From a virus, in the IMG/VR virus record IMGVR_UViG_3300028490_000007, positions 13,123 to 77,122 of that record: a DNA stretch of 64,000 nt. The stretch is one strand, 5' to 3'. A program made the translations under genes and the position numbers. Shown in pieces: positions 1 to 10,934 of this stretch. How positions within the stretch are numbered: the first letter of the stretch is position 1; the number at the start of each line of letters is the position of its first letter. A model generated the notes under the pieces. That model saw only the letters and a list, made by a program, of their open reading frames with translations. It was not told the DNA's origin and did not search any database.

Positions 1-2064
1 TTTGAGAGTTCTGGTTATATATCAGTTAAGTCTTTTGGACAGTTGAATGTCCGTGGTTCTATGATAGAACTAGGTTCAGCAGATGGGTCAAGAGGTTACA
101 GTGTAGCACACTGGCAATCAGCTCACCCTATAAATGTTATATGGGTAGAAACTGCTTCTGGCTCAGACGAGTATGAACCTTGGTATGCAATAAACACACC
201 AGGCTCAACACTATTGTCTTTTTCAGATTTTGCAAACAGCAAAGAGACGGGAAGAATGTTCGAGTGGAATGCTGGAACAATCGAGTTCTCATCTACACTT
301 GGTGAAGGAGCTGTACCTGATAGTGGATGTAAGATAAAAGTTCCAAACATAATCTTCTCAACAGTATCACCTTTCGGAAGCACAACTACTGCAAAGATAC
401 AGTATGACGAAGGCGGTTTCATTTCAATGAAAGACGTGTCGTTCTCTGACTTTAGTGGAACACTTAAGGGTATCGGTCACTTGGACCTTGAAAGAGTTGG
501 TTTTTATGGATCTGCGTATATCCAATATTGTAACGACTTCGATATTAAAGATACTCATGCAGGCATCAAAGACAACTACTCTACAGGCTTAAGTTTCAGC
601 TACTCTTCAAATGGAGTAATGGAAAATATCTCAGGTGCCTCTACCAAAACAAAAGGTGTTACATTTAACTACCTTAAGAATGTTACAGTAGATGGTATTA
701 CAGGTATTGTTGCTAAAAGAGATAGTGCTTCTGACTTCCCTGTGTTCTTGTCTACTGTTCAAGGCTCTGAGTTTAAAAACCTTACTGCTCTAGGGGGTGC
801 TTTGAAGGCATCAAATGTTAGTGCAAGTAGAGTTGTCGGTATTAAAACAATCGACAGTATCAAGCTGATTGAGAATAGCTACAAGGCTACTGCCAACATA
901 GACATTGAGAGTTCTTCTTCTACTGTCTTTAGAGATTGGGAAGTTCCTGTTAATGGTGGAGCTAAGATAGCATACGCCAAAATCAAAAACTCACCAAATA
1001 TTGATATCCTTAAAGCAGACATCCATAGTACATACGCTACAAACGTAGTCTCTGGTGATGTTTCTTTTGGTACTCGTATCTCAGAGATGCATTATGAAGG
1101 CTTCACCGGTGCAGATGCATTTAACATGCCACTGAAAAACAACGGTGTTCTTCTTCAGCACATCACGAGTCCTGTAAGAGGGGAGCTTTCAATAGAAGCT
1201 TCAAATGCTATCATTAAGGGTGCAGATGCTTCTTCCATCAAGACTGACAACCCAGGTGCTTCTGGCTCAAACTTTGCACAACTATATACAAGTGCTACCG
1301 ATGGAAGCCTAGTTTTCATTATGGCAAAAGACTCAACAGAAACACACTTCTTCAATAACCTTATTGGTGATGTAAAGCTATCTAACAATGGACGTGCATA
1401 TTTCAGTAATGTTGGAGACAGTGTAGAAGTCAGAACTCCTTATCGTGTGAAGGGTGTCACTTTCCAGAATGTAGCCCCTGTGATAAATGGATACGGAACA
1501 GCAGTTCTAGCTCTTGACTACTCTATAGACTTAGGTGAAGGCTTCGGGTCATACAAGGCTCTGAATGCCACTAATCTATCAGCAGAGCCTATTGACCCTA
1601 ATGATGGGTTCCTCCTAAAAATAAGAATGGTTGCAGGTACTATATCTGGAACTACTTACATCTCATCAATAGATATGCCTACTTTAGATAGTAGATATGT
1701 ATATCCACTTGACTTTGAGAAGGGTAAGATTATCTTTGACGAGAATGCTTCTATTGATGTTAACGCTAAGTATTTCGCATATTACTCAGATGGATACGGA
1801 ACTGTTGATGCAGAACTTGTAAAAGATGCTGATGGTCAACCTATCACCGGACTTATTGACAATAGAGAATTCGTTGACTTTACGTACGACTTTATCGGAG
1901 ATGAGTCTAATGGACGAGTTGCTGATGAGCCGTTCAATATTACAATCGTGTTCGCAGGTAGCGACATGGGTAAAAACGTGGTTATTTCTCAAGAGTTTGA
2001 CAAAGGGCAAGTAAACGTGTTCTCACTCAGACCTGACAAAGACTACGGTTATGTGGGAGAATAG
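1..2064 (+). CDS. Virion protein with right-handed beta-helix (tailspike/adhesin-like), 5'-truncated
   Basis: Frame is open from base 1 (FESSGYISVKSFGQLNVRG...), so the gene starts upstream of the window. Central region has Asn/Ser/Gly/Ile-rich repeats typical of parallel beta-helices (e.g. SNGVMENISG, KNVTVDGITG, QGSEFKNLTA). Confidence 0.55.
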   Translation, partial: FESSGYISVKSFGQLNVRGSMIELGSADGSRGYSVAHWQSAHPINVIWVETASGSDEYEPWYAINTPGSTLLSFSDFANSKETGRMFEWNAGTIEFSSTLGEGAVPDSGCKIKVPNIIFSTVSPFGSTTTAKIQYDEGGFISMKDVSFSDFSGTLKGIGHLDLERVGFYGSAYIQYCNDFDIKDTHAGIKDNYSTGLSFSYSSNGVMENISGASTKTKGVTFNYLKNVTVDGITGIVAKRDSASDFPVFLSTVQGSEFKNLTALGGALKASNVSASRVVGIKTIDSIKLIENSYKATANIDIESSSSTVFRDWEVPVNGGAKIAYAKIKNSPNIDILKADIHSTYATNVVSGDVSFGTRISEMHYEGFTGADAFNMPLKNNGVLLQHITSPVRGELSIEASNAIIKGADASSIKTDNPGASGSNFAQLYTSATDGSLVFIMAKDSTETHFFNNLIGDVKLSNNGRAYFSNVGDSVEVRTPYRVKGVTFQNVAPVINGYGTAVLALDYSIDLGEGFGSYKALNATNLSAEPIDPNDGFLLKIRMVAGTISGTTYISSIDMPTLDSRYVYPLDFEKGKIIFDENASIDVNAKYFAYYSDGYGTVDAELVKDADGQPITGLIDNREFVDFTYDFIGDESNGRVADEPFNITIVFAGSDMGKNVVISQEFDKGQVNVFSLRPDKDYGYVGE

Positions 2065-2065
2065 A

Positions 2066-2644
2066 ATGAAAATTATTACATTTAAAATACCGGCAACGTC
2101 ATCTTCTACAATACTCGCAAACGCTGTGAATATGCTTGAGTCTATACCTTCTATACCTCTTGATGTAACCAAGTCTTCTTATGTTGGCTCTGGAATATCA
2201 GGAGAGAGGGATGTGTTTGTTATTCTTCCAAGTGAAATACTAGATAGAGACGGGTTCTCTATCTGGTCTATGGAACTAACTATAGGTGGTGATCTAAAAG
2301 ACACTACCGTATTTGAGATAGACAATACAGTGACTCCAATAGTTATTGATCCGGCACCAATTAGAGCAAGAGTTGAGGCTGATATTTCTATGTCGCTAGT
2401 CAGGGCTCTGATTGATGGTCGAACGGAAGCAAAATCTGGAACAGAAACCCTTGTGTTCAACAATGATGATGTCGTTATCCAAAAGATATCAATCGTAGGT
2501 GGAGCCAGAGGTAGTGAGTTTAAAGGGCATATCTTGTCTTGGACTGGGAACAGTGCAACACTGGACACTACCGCCGTAATGTCACACGACAACGAAGGCA
2601 ACCAAGTTTGGGTTCGTGAATTAACACAAGAAGGAGTCCTATAA
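2066..2644 (+). CDS. Putative structural protein
   Basis: ATG at 2066 follows GGAGA. Beta-rich. Coupled to the next gene by a TAATG overlap. Confidence 0.6.
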   Translation: MKIITFKIPATSSSTILANAVNMLESIPSIPLDVTKSSYVGSGISGERDVFVILPSEILDRDGFSIWSMELTIGGDLKDTTVFEIDNTVTPIVIDPAPIRARVEADISMSLVRALIDGRTEAKSGTETLVFNNDDVVIQKISIVGGARGSEFKGHILSWTGNSATLDTTAVMSHDNEGNQVWVRELTQEGVL

Positions 2645-3111
2645 TGGCAAAGGTAACATTTGATGGAGAACGTGAGTTAATTATCGTTGACCCAGGTATC
2701 ACCTCACTAGACGTAAGAGAGGACATTTATTCTGCATGGAAAAGATGGTTCTTGCAATCAGATAACTCAAAGTTCTTTAAAGCTCTGGACATAGTAGGTG
2801 GAAACCCACTTCCAGAAGATCAACTCGGTCTTACTTACTTCCTTTTATCAGGATGGAAGATTAGACCATTTGAAGGAGATCACAGACTTAGAATAAAAGG
2901 TAACTTATATAGACAAGACGGTTCAGACCCAATCGCAGACACTGTAGGCGATTTCAAAGTAACTGTCTCTATGAGAGTTTCCAACCTGATTGATATGGTT
3001 GGCGTAAATGGTTCCACTGGTACAGGTGGCGGAAGCACTGAAGTCATACTCGACCCTGAGTTACTAGATAGTATTTCTAGTCAGGAAGAGTGGACTATCA
3101 CAGCTAGTTAA
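2644..3111 (+). CDS. Phage structural-type hypothetical protein
   Basis: AAGGAG SD. Trp/aromatic core (DIYSAWKRW...YFLLSGWKIRP) resembles conserved phage virion proteins. Confidence 0.6.
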   Translation: MAKVTFDGERELIIVDPGITSLDVREDIYSAWKRWFLQSDNSKFFKALDIVGGNPLPEDQLGLTYFLLSGWKIRPFEGDHRLRIKGNLYRQDGSDPIADTVGDFKVTVSMRVSNLIDMVGVNGSTGTGGGSTEVILDPELLDSISSQEEWTITAS

Positions 3112-3129
3112 AAATAAAAGGAAAATCAA

Positions 3130-3738
3130 ATGATTAAAAAAGTTGGAACCCCGTTCTATTTAGAACTTAACAGTCACCAAAAGTTTTTCGGTGCATCAGG
3201 CTTTGTTACTAAAGTAGTAGACCTTGCAGACGGATCAATCACAACAGCAGCTAACGACGGAGTAGAGATTACTGAAACAATCGCAACACCAGGTACAGCT
3301 ACAGTTGATGCAGCGGCAGCAGCCGGAACAAAACAAATCACTGTTCAATCAGGTGGTGGTATCGAAGATGGTATGGTATTTGCAGACGGTAACGGAAACA
3401 AGTATTATGTTGACAAAGTTGTAGGCGATGTGCTTACTCTTAAGTTTGGACTACTTGATGGTATTGCATACGGAGACACTCTTACTCAAGTTGGTAACAC
3501 AGGTATCTATAAAATAGAACTTACAATCAACTCTGCAGGAAACTTCGGTATCTATATTGCAAATCCTTCAATCAACTTGCGTTCTAAAGGAATTCAATAC
3601 ACGATGAAAGATGTTGTGCTTGAAGATGTAGATGCAAAGCTTGATACAGAATTCGCTGCGATTAACGCAAAACTTGACAGCATTGAAGCTGGAATTACTA
3701 ACAGTGATACTGAAGACTTCACTGTATTCTCAGGGTAA
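3130..3738 (+). CDS. Putative structural/fibre protein
   Basis: AAGGA SD. Small beta domain (AAAGTKQITVQSGGGIEDG) plus C-terminal coiled coil (VDAKLD...INAKLD). Confidence 0.6.
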   Translation: MIKKVGTPFYLELNSHQKFFGASGFVTKVVDLADGSITTAANDGVEITETIATPGTATVDAAAAAGTKQITVQSGGGIEDGMVFADGNGNKYYVDKVVGDVLTLKFGLLDGIAYGDTLTQVGNTGIYKIELTINSAGNFGIYIANPSINLRSKGIQYTMKDVVLEDVDAKLDTEFAAINAKLDSIEAGITNSDTEDFTVFSG

Positions 3739-3748
3739 AGGAACACTT

Positions 3749-4081
3749 ATGACTAACTATATAATCCCAACAATCACTCCTTCTGGAGAAGCTCTTGACC
3801 TGTCTGGTCTTAAATTTCCATGTCGTATTACAGACCTTAGAACGGGTACTGAATATGTACTTGAGTCTGCAGAAGGAAATCCTGTCAAGATGGGACTTCA
3901 GGCATCAGACGTTACTGTTGAAGCATTTACTCCAATGCCTTCTTCTGCAATCATGTCTTTAGATGGAACTGAAACACCTACAGCCTTTGATACTGATGCA
4001 TATAAACCTGTATGGTTTGTCGGTGGAGAATGGTATTATGCTTCTGGCGATATTATGACACAGACTGGCGGCGGAGAATAA
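3749..4081 (+). CDS. Hypothetical protein
   Basis: ATG at 3749 with AAGGA SD is a better start than 3632. Confidence 0.6.
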   Translation: MTNYIIPTITPSGEALDLSGLKFPCRITDLRTGTEYVLESAEGNPVKMGLQASDVTVEAFTPMPSSAIMSLDGTETPTAFDTDAYKPVWFVGGEWYYASGDIMTQTGGGE

Positions 4082-4112
4082 TATGAGAGGGTGCTGTATA
4101 GCATCTTCCATA
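4082..4112 (+). terminator. RNA hairpin after gene end (no U-tract)
   Basis: GAGGGTGCT-GTAT-AGCATCTTC core stem with G.U pairs, immediately after a stop codon. Confidence 0.4.
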
Positions 4113-4125
4113 AGCGAGCTATTTA

Positions 4126-4134
4126 TGATAGAAT
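4126..4134 (+). promoter_or_regulatory. Extended -10 promoter (TGaTAGAAT)
   Basis: TGn + TAGAAT about 35 nt upstream of the ATG at 4169, followed by an A/C-rich leader and AAGGA SD. Confidence 0.55.
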
Positions 4135-4168
4135 ATGCTCATAAACAACAAAAACAAAAGGAACACAC

Positions 4169-6076
4169 ATGCCTAACTTTACTACTCAAATAACAGACGC
4201 AAATGTTATTGCTGAACTACCTGACGTAAGTGTACTTGCCGGTCTCTATGCAGATGACTTAACGCAAGCTAATCTTATTTCTTCAATGAACTCTGTATCT
4301 TTCAGAAAAAAGTTTCAAGCCTTGCTTAACTTTAAACTGTCTGATACTTCAAAGACATCAATGAACGATGCACTAAAAGCAGGATACATCCAATTTGAAA
4401 CAGACAACGGACGAACTGTCACTGAGTCAAACGGAAACGTATTTGTAGATGACAGACTTGTCGCTTTTACTGTTGACGGTTTTGCAGATGGACTATTTGA
4501 AGATGCAACTTTTGCTGCATTATTCTTCACTCCTGAAGTTATCGATGCATTATTCGGTTCAGGAGATGAGTCATTCATTGCTTCATTAACATCAGTATCT
4601 AACTTTTGGGACAAGCTTCTAACAGACGCTACTCTTGCTGCTCACTTTGAGTCTACTTATACTGACATGCTTACATCATTAACTAAAAAAGTTGAAGTTG
4701 CATATGTTAAATATGTTGCATTCAAAGCAGGACTTGATGTACAAAAGTACAAAACAATAGAGTATTTAGCAGAAGACTCACCGGCAATGGATGCCATCTT
4801 CCTTACTCCTGAAGCTAAAGCTATCGAGGGTGACTCTACTTTTGGTGTTAGATCAAGACTTATGTACGTATTCAACACTACTGACCTAGATGCTATTGCA
4901 GATAGTGACGATAACATTGCTAGACTTGTGTCTGACACAGCTCTTCGTAACATTGTTGTAGATATTGATACTGTACTAGCACTTCCTGTTGGAAGCAAGA
5001 TGAGAAACTTTGTTGTTAATAACGATGGGTATTTTGGAGCTATTGCTGCAGAGCGTCTATCTATTGAGACTACAATCTCTTTATCAAACATCTTCTACGA
5101 TGAGACATTTGCCTCTGAAAGAACAGCGTTTGTTCAAGACCAAGAACTTGTAGGTCTATTGTTCGAGAGTGCATTGTATGCTAACTTTGAACAGCAATTC
5201 TATACGGCGTTTACAGCACTTAATGTATCTGCTCAGAAGTTCTCGTTCAAAGTAAATGAAGTAGGAAATACTCTTGCTGCACACTATACGAACTCTTCTT
5301 TTGAAGCTAAGAAATTAGCATTATCTTTGGACTCGTTCACAGAAACTAAAGCAGGAGCTATTTCTACAATCGTAACTGACGAGCGTATCTTCTTTGCTCC
5401 TTATACTTTCATTGACGAAAGTCTTATTGGTGTACAAATCGACCATGGTATTGAGTTTACTAACTCAGACAACTATAACCTATACAATGAGCTTCTTGAT
5501 GACTCATTCAATACTGTTATTGGTGGCTCAGGACATATCCTTGCTATCGCTACAGACGGACGTGTTGTTTCTTCTAAATTCGCAGTTGACTTAAACTTGT
5601 CTACTGAGACTATTGAGAACATTACTGTTTCAGCTAATAATGCATTCATTAAGACAGCAGAGTCTTTCCATGCTATCGGAAACCTTGGTGCAGACAGAGC
5701 TGATATTATCAACACTTTAATCACGAACAAAGACACTCTTTCAAAAGCTGTGTACTTCAACGGTAATGTTCTTGGTCTAGGAACAGATAACAAAATCAAG
5801 ATCGTAGATGCCGCAGGTGTTAGTGACTTGTCTGTAACAGCAGGACTTGACATTGAAGACATTATGGTTATCGCAGGGAAGCTTCTTATTCTTGCTACTG
5901 ATGCAGAGCTTAGTGAAGTGAAAGCAGACAATACTATTGTTGCTATTGCAAGCACTGTCGGAAGCGTTGTATATTCTCAAGATGCTATTGTATGTACTGT
6001 AGCCGGTGCAGAAAGAGCAATCTTCTCAAACTCTGGTACTTGGTTGACTTACGACTTCAACGTAAATACACTTTAA
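4169..6076 (+). CDS. Large acidic virion-type protein; helical N-terminus, degenerate beta-propeller C-terminus
   Basis: 635 aa. C-terminal blades such as GGSGHILAIATDGRVVS and NVLGLGTDNKIKI look RCC1/propeller-like. Confidence 0.5.
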   Translation: MPNFTTQITDANVIAELPDVSVLAGLYADDLTQANLISSMNSVSFRKKFQALLNFKLSDTSKTSMNDALKAGYIQFETDNGRTVTESNGNVFVDDRLVAFTVDGFADGLFEDATFAALFFTPEVIDALFGSGDESFIASLTSVSNFWDKLLTDATLAAHFESTYTDMLTSLTKKVEVAYVKYVAFKAGLDVQKYKTIEYLAEDSPAMDAIFLTPEAKAIEGDSTFGVRSRLMYVFNTTDLDAIADSDDNIARLVSDTALRNIVVDIDTVLALPVGSKMRNFVVNNDGYFGAIAAERLSIETTISLSNIFYDETFASERTAFVQDQELVGLLFESALYANFEQQFYTAFTALNVSAQKFSFKVNEVGNTLAAHYTNSSFEAKKLALSLDSFTETKAGAISTIVTDERIFFAPYTFIDESLIGVQIDHGIEFTNSDNYNLYNELLDDSFNTVIGGSGHILAIATDGRVVSSKFAVDLNLSTETIENITVSANNAFIKTAESFHAIGNLGADRADIINTLITNKDTLSKAVYFNGNVLGLGTDNKIKIVDAAGVSDLSVTAGLDIEDIMVIAGKLLILATDAELSEVKADNTIVAIASTVGSVVYSQDAIVCTVAGAERAIFSNSGTWLTYDFNVNTL

Positions 6077-6085
6077 TAGGAGGAC

Positions 6086-7348
6086 ATGATGGACGTTAAT
6101 CTACCTTATCTCGGATCAAGTGAGGCTTCTGGCCCATCTGTCGAGAATATCAGCATCTCAGGAAACGTAGGCATTTTGGCTGCGGTGGTTCCTGTTAACG
6201 CATCAGTAAGACCTATTGAGGCGATAGCCACAGCAGACTTTATTGTAGGAGCGGACACCACTGAATTTCATGTTGATATAGACATGAAACAAACAGGGAA
6301 CATCCTGCAGAAGTCTGGTACTATCAATATGTCTGGGGATGTTATCCAAGACAGCTCAACGGGAGCAATCCTAACCGGAGAAGCTACTGAGCTTGTCGAA
6401 GAGCCAACTAATGCTCCTGTATTGTCAACGACCATACATGAAGTATCTGTTGATGTTAATGTTGCTCTTCATGGTGAAGCAAAAGAACAAGTAGCTGGGT
6501 CAGTTATTGATGTCAGCTTGGTAAACAAGACTGAAGTCCACTACTATGATATTTCATACAACCTACTAAACCTATTTGCAATTTCTCAGAGAATTCCATT
6601 CTTTGCAGGTAAAATTGTAGCCAGATCAAGTCACTTTGATGATTTCAATATGACTGCAGAAACAACAGAAACAGGTGACGTAATTCTGAATGGCTCTGTC
6701 ATAGAGAGTAATGAACACGAGAGTGTTGAGATTAATGTTCCTGTAACAAGTATCGCCCATGGGTTACTAGACAACTTTACTATGTCTGGCTCAAGTACGA
6801 TCCTAGACTATGTTGCTATCTCCCCTGTCTCTGCATTTGCGGTATCACTATCTATCCCTATAAGCATGAGTGGAAAAGCAGAGAGTGGTTCACAACCACA
6901 GTTCTCTGTGGATGCAGCCATCAACAGTGTGGATGTTCGTCTTACAGCAGAAGTGTATGACCAGGATGCAGTAAGATATGAGATTGCAGATATAGACCAA
7001 GGTGTTGCAGACGGAAAGATTAAGATCTTCCCTAATGAATGGACTTTGTGTTTTGCAAACAAACCTGTTAATGAGGATGGTACTCTGGCAACAGCAACAT
7101 CGTTCCTTATTAATGAGCTTGTTGCAAAGTATGGTTCTGACCTTCATACTAAAATTTCAATGATCGTTGCGAAGCATCCAGAAACCGGTGCCGAGTATAA
7201 CTTTGTTGTTCAAGATGGGTACATTACCCCTGAAGGTTCAATGAACGACTTCCCTATGTGCTATCTTAGAGATGGTGCTTACTACCCTGTGCCTTTTATG
7301 GTACAATCTGTTTCAGATGAAACACTAGAACTAGACTGGGCTGTATAA
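6086..7348 (+). CDS. Putative structural protein (beta-rich, acidic)
   Basis: 420 aa, AGGAGG SD, Val/Ser/Thr-rich. Confidence 0.55.
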   Translation: MMDVNLPYLGSSEASGPSVENISISGNVGILAAVVPVNASVRPIEAIATADFIVGADTTEFHVDIDMKQTGNILQKSGTINMSGDVIQDSSTGAILTGEATELVEEPTNAPVLSTTIHEVSVDVNVALHGEAKEQVAGSVIDVSLVNKTEVHYYDISYNLLNLFAISQRIPFFAGKIVARSSHFDDFNMTAETTETGDVILNGSVIESNEHESVEINVPVTSIAHGLLDNFTMSGSSTILDYVAISPVSAFAVSLSIPISMSGKAESGSQPQFSVDAAINSVDVRLTAEVYDQDAVRYEIADIDQGVADGKIKIFPNEWTLCFANKPVNEDGTLATATSFLINELVAKYGSDLHTKISMIVAKHPETGAEYNFVVQDGYITPEGSMNDFPMCYLRDGAYYPVPFMVQSVSDETLELDWAV

Positions 7349-7374
7349 GCTCGGTCTACTCCCGGAGAAAAACA

Positions 7375-7608
7375 ATGACTATAAATATACTTTTTAAATT
7401 TGACACAGACATGGATACTTTCTTTAGCCAATTCTCAAACAACTTACCAGAAATTGTAAGAACTGCAGAAGTACAGGTTAAGCACAAAAGTGTAGTTCTA
7501 AGCATTGACCCATTCCACGAAGACTCTCTGGACGTAGAGAAAGTCTTGGTGAACGACATAAAACAATACATGAGAGATAATGAAATCGATCATGAGATAA
7601 CAGTATAA
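7375..7608 (+). CDS. Hypothetical protein
   Basis: 77 aa, GGAG SD, fills the gap between operon genes. Confidence 0.6.
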   Translation: MTINILFKFDTDMDTFFSQFSNNLPEIVRTAEVQVKHKSVVLSIDPFHEDSLDVEKVLVNDIKQYMRDNEIDHEITV

Positions 7609-7617
7609 GAGGCAACT

Positions 7618-8925
7618 ATGTTAACAAAGATAATAGACTTTCAGGTAGGACAAATGGAGATTGAGCACAGTTCTTGTTTTGGTGGCGTTTGCCCAATGAC
7701 CAAGACTGCATCAGAGAACCCTCTTGAGAAGATCAACCAAAAGAAAAACCATGCATACCTACATGTTATTGCTATGGGTGCAGGTGACTTCTATGGAGAG
7801 AACAACAATGGTGACTTCTTCTACGAGAAAGACCTTAGAGAATATTACAAGACATTTGAGACAGCAGGTATTTTTGTACAGCATTTCAACAAAGACCCTT
7901 CTAAGTCAATAGGTAATATTGTAAAGGCTATATATAATGAGGACATGCATCGTGTTGAGCTTCTTCTTGAGATAAAAAAGAGTAAAGCAAAAGATATCTA
8001 TGATGATATCGAAGCAGGAAGAAGAATTAAAGTGTCAATGGGTGTTAAGGTTCCTCAAGAGATGTGTTCATATTGTGGCTCAATCACAAAAGGGTCTCTT
8101 GCCAATAGATGTAACCACTTGAAGTTCGAGATGCATGAACAGAAAGAGAATGGCCAAATTGTATATGCTATAAATATACCTCCTATGAATTTCTTTGACA
8201 TATCTGTAGTGCGTAAGCCTGCGGACACTCAAGGGCATGCTTTGTTTCAAAAGGTTGCATCAGAAGAGGAAGAATTTTCTATGCAGGACAAGGTAGCAGA
8301 ACTTGTAAAAAGGATAGAGGCTATAGACGCTCTTCCTAATGCTGTAAGTGTAGACGAGATGGATAAATTCAGAAAAGGGTTCAGTCCAGAAGCTATAGTT
8401 AGAATAGTTAACTCAAAGCATATGATGTTCAAGCCATCAGAAGCACTGTTTATTGGGTCCAAGATGCCCAAGGAGGAGTTTTCTTCATGTCAGGCTACTT
8501 GTGATACTCCGGGCTTCATTAAGATCCTCATGGACAAGCTACATTCACAGCCACCATGTGCAATGATGAAACATGCTTCCGACACAGACTTGGACTACTC
8601 TAATGATTTTATAGCCAAGATAGAAGCTCGTACATTTTTAATCAAAGAAGCCATGAATGCAGTAAACAGCACAGACTTCTTTGGAAACCAGAAGAAGGCA
8701 CGTCCTGCTTCTGTGGCAAGAAGGGCTTTTAATAGACATAAGTTTTCTCAATACAAAGTAAACTTTACTGATGGGAAAAGTGTAACTCTTTCAAGACAGG
8801 GGTTTGGTGTAACATCAGATATCCCTGCATACTATGTAGACCTTGTTGATGATGGGTTTGCTCACAATATCACTGGTGTACGTGCAAATGGAGATGAAGC
8901 AATCTTATATGCAGGAGAGAAGTAA
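7618..8925 (+). CDS. Prohead (capsid maturation) serine protease, HK97/assemblin-like fold with Cys/His Zn-binding insert
   Basis: NNNGDFF motif, candidate catalytic His (FVQHFNKD..SIG), candidate catalytic Ser (VSMG), CSYC...CNH insert and FFDISVVRKPAD end motif, all typical of large-phage prohead proteases. Confidence 0.75.
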   Translation: MLTKIIDFQVGQMEIEHSSCFGGVCPMTKTASENPLEKINQKKNHAYLHVIAMGAGDFYGENNNGDFFYEKDLREYYKTFETAGIFVQHFNKDPSKSIGNIVKAIYNEDMHRVELLLEIKKSKAKDIYDDIEAGRRIKVSMGVKVPQEMCSYCGSITKGSLANRCNHLKFEMHEQKENGQIVYAINIPPMNFFDISVVRKPADTQGHALFQKVASEEEEFSMQDKVAELVKRIEAIDALPNAVSVDEMDKFRKGFSPEAIVRIVNSKHMMFKPSEALFIGSKMPKEEFSSCQATCDTPGFIKILMDKLHSQPPCAMMKHASDTDLDYSNDFIAKIEARTFLIKEAMNAVNSTDFFGNQKKARPASVARRAFNRHKFSQYKVNFTDGKSVTLSRQGFGVTSDIPAYYVDLVDDGFAHNITGVRANGDEAILYAGEK

Positions 8926-10328
8926 TGAGTGGTCACGTTGGAGTTAAGTCTGGACGTGTAAAATCTGTCACAGAAGGCGAGACAGTAATTGAACTAGACA
9001 ACGGTCATGAATTAACACTCCCTAGATATCTAGGAGAAAGTCCAAGAAGAGGAGCTGCTGTAGTAGTAGACTTCTCTTCTGGTGATGCACAAATATTCCC
9101 TGCTCCCCCACTAATGAAAGTATCTAAGCAAAAAAGATACATGAACTTCAATGCTGTTGAGAAAGACGGAACGAAGCCCACAGTAGAGCCTGAGCAGAAG
9201 CCTATGAAGAGAGGCGAGGGAAAGAAGGACGTTCAAGAGATTGCACAATATAGCCTGTTTGGTTTTGCGGATACTCCCTATGGAGCCAGAACCCTTACTG
9301 CAGGAAATGGTAACTTATGCTTTGCAAGTCCAACGGCTGTAGGTATGGCTACCTCTTGTAGTGCAAAATTTATTATACGTGATGATGGAACATCAGAGTT
9401 TGTTACTCCACACTATATGGCACTGGAAGGAAGAACAATAGTAATTAGTTCATTCCATGATAATCTAAAAATAGAAATAGATATATCTTCTTCAAAGCTT
9501 GGAAAGTCCCCTATTGATTTTACGGACTTAAAAGAAAAGCTTGCCAACTTCATGGTAGGAAAAGATATTGTAGAGCCAATGACATATGAAGAGGCTTTCT
9601 TGGCAGTTTCTGGGTCTGCACCAGAAGCAGCATTTCTACAAATGTTCGGGCTTCATTTAGCTGAACTACTTGTGACTTTTAAGTGGGAAAGATTATTGTT
9701 CCGAGGAAATGAACAAACTTTTCACGAGGTATTTGGCTCCGTATCGTCACTGGATGCGATGTACCAATTCTGTCAAGACTGCTACAATACAGACTCTGTG
9801 GCTGAACTGGAAGTATTTCTAATTGACGGACTTCCTGATGATCCAACAGAAGAAGTAAATGTTCCTTCTTGTGAAGATAAGACATATGGAACTATTGGTT
9901 CAATGGGAGCTGTTGTAGGGCAAGACTTCTTTGAGATATTCGCTTTAAACATGACGCTTAAAGATGGTACAGTTATAGAATACAACAGGGCTAAAAGAGT
10001 GTATTCTCTATCCCATGGAATTATGGCTAGTCACCAATGGACATCTTCAAATAAGGGAGCTATCTATTGTGACAACTATACTGTAAATATAGACTCGCTT
10101 GCGTTCCCTGATTTGACGGTGTCCCCATCGGCAGAGGGTTTTTGTGGTGGCACTATTGCTATCCCAACAATTACCTGGGGTGGAGACTTCAACTTAAACG
10201 TGCTTGGTGATGCATCTATTACAGCCGCAGGAGACACTCTCTTGTATGGTGGTGGTAGAGCAATTATCGGAGGTGGATCAAAAGGTATTCTTATTGACTC
10301 CTCTGGTTCGGCAGCAATCACCCTATAG
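8925..10328 (+). CDS. Baseplate central spike (gpV/gp5-like), putative
   Basis: N-terminal OB-fold-like segment (GRVKSV...ESPRRGAAVVVDF). C-terminal short beta-strand repeats (GDFNLNVLGDASITAAGDTLL). Confidence 0.5.
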   Translation: MSGHVGVKSGRVKSVTEGETVIELDNGHELTLPRYLGESPRRGAAVVVDFSSGDAQIFPAPPLMKVSKQKRYMNFNAVEKDGTKPTVEPEQKPMKRGEGKKDVQEIAQYSLFGFADTPYGARTLTAGNGNLCFASPTAVGMATSCSAKFIIRDDGTSEFVTPHYMALEGRTIVISSFHDNLKIEIDISSSKLGKSPIDFTDLKEKLANFMVGKDIVEPMTYEEAFLAVSGSAPEAAFLQMFGLHLAELLVTFKWERLLFRGNEQTFHEVFGSVSSLDAMYQFCQDCYNTDSVAELEVFLIDGLPDDPTEEVNVPSCEDKTYGTIGSMGAVVGQDFFEIFALNMTLKDGTVIEYNRAKRVYSLSHGIMASHQWTSSNKGAIYCDNYTVNIDSLAFPDLTVSPSAEGFCGGTIAIPTITWGGDFNLNVLGDASITAAGDTLLYGGGRAIIGGGSKGILIDSSGSAAITL

Positions 10329-10340
10329 AAAAACACATTT

Positions 10341-10352
10341 TTTGTGTATAAT
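10341..10352 (+). promoter_or_regulatory. sigma70-type -10 (TATAAT) preceded by T-tract
   Basis: TTTTTTGTGTATAAT about 30 nt upstream of the ATG at 10383, with AGGAG SD. Confidence 0.55.
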
Positions 10353-10382
10353 AACAGTAACTAAAAAAACAGGAGTATCAAA

Positions 10383-10925
10383 ATGGCTACTAACTACGAA
10401 CAAATTCAAGCTGACTTAGCTTTATGTAATATCACAATGTGGGAACCGGACTCACTAGCAACAGTACAACTTAGCGTGTGCAGATTAACATGTATGGAGG
10501 GTGAAATTGACAGCGTTGTGACCAAGGTTACTGCGGCAGCAAATGCACTTACAGACATTGAAGATGTTGCGACAACAGACAGTGGGATTAGCGATGTCAA
10601 GTTTCTAATCAACAGTGTTAGAGGTGCTTTCGCATGGGCGATGACTCCAACTATTAGTGGTGTTATTGACTTTTCATACAACCCGAATTCTGAGTTTTAC
10701 AATGACTACATTATTCCAAATGTATCTACTCTTCTTGTGCCTATCGAAGAAGATGATGGTCAAGGTGGAACACAAGCTAGAACCGATGCTGCTATCCTAC
10801 GTGATAGACAGAATAAGCTACAGGCAAGCCCTGCAGATGTTGTAGAAACTACCGTAACTGCACTAAATGCGTTCAAGGCTATTGTTTCAGCTAAGAGAGC
10901 ACAACTAGAAGCAACTTACGCTTAA
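10383..10925 (+). CDS. Hypothetical helical protein
   Basis: 180 aa, AGGAG SD. Confidence 0.6.
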   Translation: MATNYEQIQADLALCNITMWEPDSLATVQLSVCRLTCMEGEIDSVVTKVTAAANALTDIEDVATTDSGISDVKFLINSVRGAFAWAMTPTISGVIDFSYNPNSEFYNDYIIPNVSTLLVPIEEDDGQGGTQARTDAAILRDRQNKLQASPADVVETTVTALNAFKAIVSAKRAQLEATYA

Positions 10926-10934
10926 GGTTAACCC